From contig JAWSUI010000002.1 in the NCBI GenBank assembly GCA_033551855.1, positions 32,001 to 96,000 on the forward strand: 64,000 bases of DNA, written 5' to 3'. The first letter of the stretch is position 1; each line of letters starts with the position of its first letter. A model generated the notes under the pieces. That model was not told the origin of the DNA, did not search any database, and saw only the letters and a list, made by a program, of their open reading frames with translations. Source of the stretch: Deferrisomatales bacterium (lineage in GTDB: Bacteria > Desulfobacterota > Deferrisomatia > Deferrisomatales > JACRMM01). The position numbers were made by a program, and so were the translations under genes. Positions 55,328-64,000 of the stretch are shown in pieces.

Positions 55328-57646
55328 ATGGACAACCACACCCTGGGTGTACTGGATTTTCCTCGAATCTGCAGCCTGCTGGCCGAGGGGGCCCGATCGC
55401 CCCAGGGTCAAGATCTGTGCCTCGCCCAGGGGCCGCTGCCCAGCCGGGAGGCCGCGACGACGGCACTGGACGAGCTCGAGGCCCTTCAGGCCCTGGAGCC
55501 GGTCCTCGGCATGCCCCCCACCGCGGGGGCTCTGCGCGTGGAGGCCATCCTTGACGCGTCCCGGGCGGAGGGCACCTACCTCGAGATCGAGGCCCTGCTC
55601 GCCGTGCGCGATACCCTGGGCGTGTGCCACCGGCTCCTGGAGTACCTGGAGGACGCCGCGGCAGAGGGGTCTCTCCTGGGCGGGTACGCGGGGCGGATGC
55701 GACCCCTGCGTGAACTGGACGAGCGGTTCGAGCGCACCTTCGGACCCCGGGGCGAGGTCCTCGACAACGCCAGCTCCGTTCTCCAGGGGATTCGTTCCGC
55801 ACAGCGGGCGGTCAAGGCACGGCTGCTGCGGGTGCTGCAGGGGGTGCTCCGCGATGCGGCGCTGGAGCCCGTGGTCCAAGACGAATTCATCACCTTGCGG
55901 GGGGGGCGTTACGTGGTTCCCCTGCGCACCGATTTCCGGGGGTATCTGAAGGGGATCGTCCACGACTGCTCCCGGACCGGCTCCACCTTCTTCGTGGAGC
56001 CCCTGGAAACCGTGGAGCTCAACAACGAGCTCGGCTCCCTGCACGAGGAGGAGTTGGAAGAGATCCGGCGAATCCTGGCGGAGCTGACCCGCTCCGTGGG
56101 GCGGTCGGCGCCGGCCCTTCGGGCGAACCTCGCGGTCCTCGCCCACGTGGATGGGCTGGGGGCTCGGCTGATCCTGGCCCGGCGCCAACGGGCCGTGCGG
56201 CCGGACCTCGTGGAGGAGCCGGTCTTGGATGTCCCGGAAGCCCGGCACCCGTTGCTCGAGGCGCAGGGCGCTGTGGTTCCAGTGGATCTGCTCCTCGGTC
56301 CGTCGGGAAGGCTGCTGCTGGTGACGGGGGCCAACGCCGGGGGAAAGACGGTGGCACTCAAGACCGCCGGCCTCCTTGCCGCGATGGCCTACGCGGGTCT
56401 CTTCGTCCCCGCCCGGGAGGGAGCCCGCATTGGCTGGTTTCAGGGAGTGTACGCGGATATCGGCGACGAGCAGGATCTGGACCGCAACCTGAGCACCTTC
56501 TCCGCCCATGTGGTCAACGTGCGCGACATCCTCGCCCGCGCGGGGGAGGGCGCCTTGGTCCTGCTGGACGAGCTCGGGACCGGGACCGACCCCGGGGAGG
56601 GGGCGGCCCTGGCCATGGCCGTGCTCGACGAGCTCCTGGACCGGGGCTCGCGGGTGCTGGCCACCACGCACCTGGCTGCCCTCAAGGCCTTTGCCTACGG
56701 CCGCCCCGGAGCCCAGAACGCGGCGGTGGCCTTTGACCCTGTCACGGGTCGGCCCCTCTATCGCCTTCTCTATGGGCAATCGGGATGCTCGAATGCCCTC
56801 GAAGTGGCCGAGCGGCTCGGTTTGGAGGCCGGCCTCGTCGAGAGGGCGCGCCGCTACGCGGCGGGGGGCGAAGGGGAGGGCGGGACCTGGCTTCGGGACC
56901 TGGAGGCGGCCCGGGATCGAGCCCGCCGCGAGGCCGACGAGGCCGAGGCGCTTCGCCGGCGCTGGGAAGCCCGCTGTGCAGAGCAGGATGCGGCGCTCGC
57001 CCGGGTTCGGCGAGAGCGCGACGCGGCCCGAGCGGAGTCGCGGGAGCAGGCACGGGCGGTCCTGGACGAGGCCAGGGGGGCCTTGAGAGCTCACATTCGC
57101 CAGTTTTCCGAGGGGCAGGCAACCCAACAGGACAGCGAGCGGGCCCTGGCCGCCACCGAGGAAGCGTTGGAGGAGGCCTTTCCGGCGCCGGCTCCCGAGC
57201 CCGTACGGTTGTCGCCCTCTGCCGTGGCCCCGGGGCGTCGGGTGCGAGTGGTGTCCCTGGGCAAGGACGGAGAGGTGGAAGCTGCCGACGCGGAGGGTCG
57301 CAGGGCGGTGGTGCGGGTGGGCGCCCTACGGGTGACCGTGCCTCTGACGGACATACAGCCGGCGGAACGCCAGACCCCCGAACACCGAGCGGCTCGGGTC
57401 CGGGTGGTCGCCGAGGCGGGCGCCGGGGACGTGATGGTGCTCGGGTGCACCGTGGTTGAGGCTCTCGAGCGGGTCGACCGCGGCCTCAACCGAGCCCTGG
57501 TGGCGGGGGCCGACGGATTTCGCGTGGTGCACGGGCGGGGTACCGGGGCCCTGCGCCGAGCGATCCGGGAGCGCTTGACGGCAGAACCCCACGTGCAGGA
57601 GGTGCGGCCCGAGGGCGACGGCGCCACCTGGGTGGTCCTCCGCTGA
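55328..57646 (+). CDS. mutS2: MutS2 with C-terminal Smr domain
   Basis: GIVHDCSRTGST; TGANAGGKT; DIGDEQ; LDELGTGTDP; VVHGRGTGALR. Confidence 0.95.
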   Translation: MDNHTLGVLDFPRICSLLAEGARSPQGQDLCLAQGPLPSREAATTALDELEALQALEPVLGMPPTAGALRVEAILDASRAEGTYLEIEALLAVRDTLGVCHRLLEYLEDAAAEGSLLGGYAGRMRPLRELDERFERTFGPRGEVLDNASSVLQGIRSAQRAVKARLLRVLQGVLRDAALEPVVQDEFITLRGGRYVVPLRTDFRGYLKGIVHDCSRTGSTFFVEPLETVELNNELGSLHEEELEEIRRILAELTRSVGRSAPALRANLAVLAHVDGLGARLILARRQRAVRPDLVEEPVLDVPEARHPLLEAQGAVVPVDLLLGPSGRLLLVTGANAGGKTVALKTAGLLAAMAYAGLFVPAREGARIGWFQGVYADIGDEQDLDRNLSTFSAHVVNVRDILARAGEGALVLLDELGTGTDPGEGAALAMAVLDELLDRGSRVLATTHLAALKAFAYGRPGAQNAAVAFDPVTGRPLYRLLYGQSGCSNALEVAERLGLEAGLVERARRYAAGGEGEGGTWLRDLEAARDRARREADEAEALRRRWEARCAEQDAALARVRRERDAARAESREQARAVLDEARGALRAHIRQFSEGQATQQDSERALAATEEALEEAFPAPAPEPVRLSPSAVAPGRRVRVVSLGKDGEVEAADAEGRRAVVRVGALRVTVPLTDIQPAERQTPEHRAARVRVVAEAGAGDVMVLGCTVVEALERVDRGLNRALVAGADGFRVVHGRGTGALRRAIRERLTAEPHVQEVRPEGDGATWVVLR

Positions 57647-57773
57647 GGCCCGTCATGCGCGCCCCGTTCCGCCCTCCTGCCGTGTCCCGTCTTCCGCGGG
57701 TTGGAGGGCCCTCCGCGGCCGCCACCACCCGAGCGCCTGCCGGGCCCCGGGCCCGGCAGGCGAGTGGGCCGCC

Positions 57774-59534
57774 ATGAGGATCCCCGACGAGGTGCTCGAA
57801 GCCGTTCGGTCACGGGTCTCCATCGTCGATGCGGTGGGCCGCCACGTGGCGCTGAAGCGCGCGGGGAGGAACTGGAAAGGACTGTGCCCCTTCCACGCCG
57901 AAAAGACGCCCTCTTTCGTCGTGAACGAGGAGCGGGGGACCTACCACTGTTTCGGGTGCGGCGCGGGGGGGTCGGTCTTCCGGTTCCTCATGGAGGTCGA
58001 GGGTCGCTCCTTCACAGAGGTCGTGGGGTCCCTCGCGGCTGAAGTGGGGGTGACCCTGCCCCGGGGAGCCAACGAAGATCCCGGTGCTCGACGGGAGCGG
58101 GCCGAGCGCGACGCCCTCCTCGACGTGCTGTCGCTGGCCCAGCGCTACTACCGCCACCAGTTGGAGGCGGGAAGGGCGGGAGGGCCGGCCCGGGATTATT
58201 TGACCCGGCGGGAGGTGGGGCCAGCGGTGGCAGAGGCCTTCGGCCTGGGGTGCGCCCCAGCGGGCTGGGACCACCTGGCGCGCTACCTCCGGGGCAAGGG
58301 CGTCGACTTGTCGGTGGCGGCCACCGCCGGGCTCGTGGCGCCCCGGGCCTCCGGCAACGGGTTTTACGACCGCCTTCGCGACCGGCTGGTGTTTCCGATC
58401 CAGGACGGGCAGGGGCGGGTGGTGAGTTTTGGCGGGCGCGTCCTCGGGGAGGGGGAGCCCAAGTACCTGAACGGGCCGGAGAGCCCCGTCTTTCGCAAGA
58501 GCGAGGTGCTGTACGGCCTTCCCCAGGCAGCGGAAGCCGTGCGGCGCGAGCGCCGCGCCCTGCTCGTGGAAGGGTACTTGGACGTGATCAGTCTCCACGC
58601 CCGGGGCGTTTCCACGGCTCTGGCGACCCTCGGGACCGCTCTCACCGCCGATCACATCCGGGCCCTGCGCCGGAGGGCCGACGAGGTCGTGCTGGTCTAC
58701 GACGGGGACGAGGCGGGCCGCAGGGCCGCATTTCGGAGCCTGGACCTGTTTCTCTCCGAAAGGTATCCGTGCCGAGGCATCCTGCTGCCGCCGGGGGAGG
58801 ATCCGGACAGCTTCATGCGCGGCGGGGGCGACCTGGCCTCCCTGGCTGCTTCGGCGAGGCCGTTGCTTGAGCTGTACTTGGAGGAGAGTGCGTCGCGTTT
58901 CGACCTGACTTCCGTCGAGGGAAGGGTGGCGGCTGTCGACGACCTGGCTTCGCGCCTCGCGGTGGTGTCCGATGCCCTGGCCCGGGATCTCTATGTGAAG
59001 CAGGCCGCCGAGGCGCTGGAGGTGGATGAGGCCCACTTGAGGACGCGCCTTCGCGCCGGATCCCGGCGCCCCGGTGCTGCGGCTCCGACGCAAGGGGACG
59101 CCGAGGTGCCGGAGGACCCCATCGAGCGCAGTCTGTTGGCCTGCCTTCTTGCGCATCCCGAGCACCGGCAAGCCTTCCGGAGCCGTGGGGTCGAGGAGTG
59201 GCTGCGTCCCGGGCCGCTGAAGGAGGCGGCCCGCTTCGTGGCCGCTCGATCGGAGGCAGCCGAGCAGTTCCCCGTGGACGAGGCCCCGGAGGCGGCCCGC
59301 CGGGCCCTCACCCGGTCCCTCGTAGACGACCGGGCACCGAACCCGGGGTATCCCCAGGTGGAGGCCGCCTTGCGGGTCCGACACCTCTCGGGCCGGACCG
59401 CAGCCCTCGTGCGCGAGATCGCCAGAGCGGAGCGGGGGGGGGACGCCGAAAGGGTCCTCGCCCTGCAGCGGGAGAAGACCGCCCTCGACCGGGCGCTCTC
59501 CGAGTGCAGGCGTCCACACCCGGAGCACGGGTAG
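57774..59534 (+). CDS. dnaG: DNA primase
   Basis: CPFHAEKTPSF; KYLNGPE; EGYLDV; YDGDEAG; EDPD. Confidence 0.97.
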   Translation: MRIPDEVLEAVRSRVSIVDAVGRHVALKRAGRNWKGLCPFHAEKTPSFVVNEERGTYHCFGCGAGGSVFRFLMEVEGRSFTEVVGSLAAEVGVTLPRGANEDPGARRERAERDALLDVLSLAQRYYRHQLEAGRAGGPARDYLTRREVGPAVAEAFGLGCAPAGWDHLARYLRGKGVDLSVAATAGLVAPRASGNGFYDRLRDRLVFPIQDGQGRVVSFGGRVLGEGEPKYLNGPESPVFRKSEVLYGLPQAAEAVRRERRALLVEGYLDVISLHARGVSTALATLGTALTADHIRALRRRADEVVLVYDGDEAGRRAAFRSLDLFLSERYPCRGILLPPGEDPDSFMRGGGDLASLAASARPLLELYLEESASRFDLTSVEGRVAAVDDLASRLAVVSDALARDLYVKQAAEALEVDEAHLRTRLRAGSRRPGAAAPTQGDAEVPEDPIERSLLACLLAHPEHRQAFRSRGVEEWLRPGPLKEAARFVAARSEAAEQFPVDEAPEAARRALTRSLVDDRAPNPGYPQVEAALRVRHLSGRTAALVREIARAERGGDAERVLALQREKTALDRALSECRRPHPEHG

Positions 59535-59606
59535 GCTCTTCAAACGTAGAATTTCCGTGGTACTTTGACTGCGGTGCCGGGTTTCCATCGTAAGGAGACG
59601 GAGTAG

Positions 59607-61421
<1,815 letters not shown>

Positions 61422-61547
61422 GAAGCCGCCCGGGACGTGTCGGAGGCGAGACGCGATTCGTTCGTGTTGCAGTGCAGCCCGATGGGCGGCCGGGGGGTCG
61501 GCGTTTTTGGGCTGTTTTCATGGGTTGCGAAAGGGGGCCGAAACCCC

Positions 61548-61576
61548 TTGACGCTGCAACGCAGCAATGCTACCCT
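61548..61576 (+). promoter_or_regulatory. sigma70 promoter with a PhaR-type CTGC-N3-GCAG box in the spacer
   Basis: TTGACG-N17-TACCCT containing GCTGCAACGCAGC (61553-61565). Confidence 0.65.
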
Positions 61577-61628
61577 AGTGTCAGATCGTAGAGAATAACC
61601 TCGCGACCGACCCTAAGGAGGCATTCCC

Positions 61629-61904
61629 ATGGCGAAGAAAGACGTTCTGACGGAGACCACGGAGAGGATGACGGCCGGCGTGGCCGCCCAGGCCGAGTTG
61701 GCCAGCAAGTTTTTTGCCCTCTACCAGACCCAGGCGGAGGGAGCCCTGAAGTTCTGGACGGACACCTCGGCCAATGCGATGGCCGAGGGCCAGAAGGCGG
61801 TGAAGGAGTGGGTCGACCTGGCCGCCGGCGTGGCGGCGGAGGCCCGCAAGTCCTGTGAGGTGAGCATCAAGGAGGCGACCAAGGTCTTCACGCCCCCTGC
61901 GTGA
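61629..61904 (+). CDS. Small Ala-rich helical protein, phasin-like
   Basis: TAAGGAGG RBS; amphipathic, no TM segment; own promoter and terminator. Confidence 0.6.
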   Translation: MAKKDVLTETTERMTAGVAAQAELASKFFALYQTQAEGALKFWTDTSANAMAEGQKAVKEWVDLAAGVAAEARKSCEVSIKEATKVFTPPA

Positions 61905-61935
61905 GGAACGGGTCGCGCCCTCACCGGGCGATCAT

Positions 61936-61970
61936 GGAAAGGCCGGCCGTCGTGCCGGCCTTTCCTATTT
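61936..61970 (+). terminator. Intrinsic terminator
   Basis: GGAAAGGCCGGC-cgtcgt-GCCGGCCTTTCC-TATTT. Confidence 0.8.
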
Positions 61971-62009
61971 CCTCCCCCGAGGCCCCGGCGGTTCTCCCTC
62001 CCGGCCCGC

Positions 62010-62200
62010 CCGGAAACGGCCGGGTGACTACGCCCACTCCGGCGGCCGATGCCGGACGTCCCGACGCATGCGAGCCCTCGGGCCCTCCGGAACGCCTGAG
62101 GGGACCACGGGCCCCGGCGGGGACACGCTCATCGAGCGGCCGTCCGCCTGCGCCGTCGGACCCACCCGGCCGCCCTCCGGTACGGCCGTCATTCCCCGGA
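62010..62200 (+). repeat. Dispersed copy of the 1057-1260 hairpin element
   Basis: Exact 22-nt block 62132-62153 = 1186-1207; exact 13-nt block 62031-62043 = 1086-1098; arm spacing conserved. Confidence 0.85.
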
Positions 62201-62968
62201 AGCGCCCCCTTTCCCCTCCCCGATCATCGGTGCGCCGGTCCAGGACAGCACCGCCCGGAGGACCGAAGCGCTGTGACCGAGTTGACCGTAGGCCTCCTCT
62301 TGGGTGGGCAGGCGGTCTTCCGCGCGGAGCGATTCGCCGAGCGTCACGGACAGATTCGCGACCCGGGCGACCTCCCGGGCCAGGTCCGCCTCCGAGCGGA
62401 TCGTGACGGGGTAGACCCGGATCTCCTCCCATCTTTCCAGGATCCCGTCATTGACGACCCCGTCCATGGCCCCGTGGTTTCTGCGGTTGAATTCGTCGTA
62501 GACCATGTTGTGGAGGGGCATCGAGAGGTCCCCGAGGTAGTGGGCGGCGAAGGCCATGTGGTGCTCGGCGTACGCGCCGCGGGTTCTCTGGGCCGTGTAG
62601 GCGCGGACTGCCGCCAGCACGGCGCCGTAGAGGTGCCCCCCCGGGTCCACCGTGTCGTAGCGCCCCACCTGGCGCAGCACTTCGGCCGGGGTCACTTTTC
62701 TCCCCGGGGGATGGTTCACGTAGTGGTTGTGGGCCTCGAGGTTCCCGGCCTTGACCTTTGCCATGTCCGCCCCGGCCGCGTTGTACCATTTGGCGTAGCC
62801 GGCCGCCCTCGCCACGGCGAGGTGGGTCTCGTCGTACCACGCCGGCGCCGGTGCCCCGAGCAAGGCCGTGCCGAGGGCGGCGAGGACCAGTCGCGGCAGG
62901 AAAGCCCTGCGCGGACCCCGGCGCCCTCCCCCACCGCGAGCCGGGCGGTCCGCGCCCAAGACCCTCAC
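62189..62968 (-). CDS. Zn-dependent phospholipase C / S1-P1 nuclease-fold exported protein
   Basis: Signal ending APA then WYDETH; GADMAK; HNHY; HYLGDLSMPLH; HGAMD. Confidence 0.75.
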   Translation of the reverse strand: MRVLGADRPARGGGGRRGPRRAFLPRLVLAALGTALLGAPAPAWYDETHLAVARAAGYAKWYNAAGADMAKVKAGNLEAHNHYVNHPPGRKVTPAEVLRQVGRYDTVDPGGHLYGAVLAAVRAYTAQRTRGAYAEHHMAFAAHYLGDLSMPLHNMVYDEFNRRNHGAMDGVVNDGILERWEEIRVYPVTIRSEADLAREVARVANLSVTLGESLRAEDRLPTQEEAYGQLGHSASVLRAVLSWTGAPMIGEGKGGASGE

Positions 62969-63336
62969 GGCAGGATGATGCCGCCTCCGGCCTGTTGGGG
63001 GGTTACGATCCGGGTCGCCTCCCGGCGGCGAAACTCCTCCACCTCTGCCATCAGGCGGTCGATGGCCGCTCCGATCGCGCCGGGGAACTTCTCCATGGCC
63101 TGCTGGAGGTTCTGCGCCTCGAGGCCGGCCTGGACCGGGAGGTTCCCCGCTGGGGTCATGATCTGGCTCTGCCCGACGAAGATCACGGCCCGTCCCTTGT
63201 CCAAGGTGCCGTCCTGCTTGACCGGGGTCAGGCGCCGGATGGTGGCGACCTTGAGATCGGTGAAGAGCTCCTCCCGGTAGAGGTTCTGTTGATCCACCCG
63301 GAGCTCTGAAACCTTGAGGCCCTCGCGCTCGCTCAT
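62965..63336 (-). CDS. Conserved hypothetical cytoplasmic protein
   Basis: GGAGG RBS; NLYREELFTDLKVATIRRLTPVKQDG. Confidence 0.8.
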   Translation of the reverse strand: MSEREGLKVSELRVDQQNLYREELFTDLKVATIRRLTPVKQDGTLDKGRAVIFVGQSQIMTPAGNLPVQAGLEAQNLQQAMEKFPGAIGAAIDRLMAEVEEFRRREATRIVTPQQAGGGIILP

Positions 63337-63570
63337 GGACGCCTCCTGCCGGAACCGGGTTCCGGCGAATAGAGTTGCTTCGGAAGGACCAGCTCCCCCA
63401 GCCCTGCCGTGTTGCCGTTTCCCCCCGATGCACCGGGGTGCCCCGGGCATCCTCTTGCACGGGGGCGAGACTGTCAAGGCGCGACCGCGCCCTGGATCCC
63501 CCGTCTCGGCAGGGGGGGGAGTCCCTGGATCCCGCGCCCCAGGGTGTGGTGGTGGAGGATTCCGGGGTCG

Positions 63571-63736
63571 GGGAGCCCATGCGTTTCTCCGCGAGATCGG
63601 CAGCGGTTCGAAGCGGTGGCCACGAGGGGCCCGGGTGCGCCACGGTTCAGCGATCCCGATTGGTTTGTGCGCCTCGGTCGATGCGGGCCGCGGCTGCTCC
63701 AGGCCTCCCCGACTCCGCCCAACACGTGGCGGTGGA
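63571..63736 (+). repeat. Diverged dispersed copy of the 212-bp unit
   Basis: Collinear blocks GGGAGCCC.TGCGTT, GGTGCGCC, TCGGTCGATGCGG (63674-63686 = 576-588), GGCTGCTC, ACGTGGCGG with matching spacing. Confidence 0.75.
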
Positions 63737-63813
63737 CGTGGGGCGCCCCGCGCGGTGCGCCGCCTGGGGCCCCGGCCCGTCGGTTCCCGAGACGGCGGGT
63801 CCTCAGCCGTGCC

Positions 63814-63843
63814 TTGACGGCCCCGGCCCGGGGCCGGTAGTTT
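63814..63843 (+). promoter_or_regulatory. Putative sigma70 promoter
   Basis: TTGACG-N18-TAGTTT. Confidence 0.45.
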
Positions 63844-63942
63844 GAGCCTCTACGCCAAACGGCATATCGAAACACGTTGATGCCTCGCGGGCACCCAGGG
63901 AAGGCGGTCGGCCGGGCAGGCGTGAGGAGGGGTGGGCGGAAC

Positions 63943-64000
63943 ATGCTGGGCCTCCGAAACTTGCGGCTTCGCGGGAAGCTCTTGGTGATGGTCCTCCCGC
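63943..64000 (+). CDS. 5' fragment of a probable membrane sensor (histidine kinase/MCP-like N-terminus)
   Basis: GAGGAGG upstream; MLGLRNLRLRGKLLVMVLP; truncated by the window edge. Confidence 0.5.
   Translation, partial: MLGLRNLRLRGKLLVMVLP

Noticed and set aside
63845..63940. c-di-GMP-I-like riboswitch (GCCAAAC...GAAA)
   Set aside because: Lacks the GCAAAGC/P2 receptor elements; similarity too weak

Overview
Very GC-rich bacterial chromosomal window. Gene order and protein styles suggest a deltaproteobacterial (Desulfobacterota/Deferrisoma-like) origin; this is inference. Most of it is core genome: rplU-rpmA-obgE-proBA-nadD-rsfS-gpsA-tmk-holB-ricT-metG-tatD-greA-purC; engB/cmk-rpsA-sppA-rqcH-dtd...mutS; yqeY-cvpA-mutS2-dnaG-rpoD. 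The left 7.6 kb is accessory-like: HNH nuclease, an array of ~212-bp repeats, an atypical dynamin-like GTPase, YhcC radical SAM, a FitA/VapC TA pair, a lipoprotein serpin and tRNA-Arg(CCG). Most notable observations: (1) an unrecognised family of structured ~170-212-bp intergenic repeats, tandem at 427-1283 with dispersed copies near 36.0, 62.0 and 63.6 kb, one showing a compensatory base-pair change; (2) a coupled USP-acyltransferase-FAAL-Ino1-CDP-alcohol phosphotransferase cluster suggesting inositol-lipid synthesis; (3) an in-frame EngB-Cmk fusion; (4) a phasin-like gene with PhaR-type boxes; (5) a homopolymer frameshift in asmA, a nitrilase-family protein lacking its catalytic Cys, and two probable non-canonical start codons. 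All calls come from reading motifs by eye; no searches were run.
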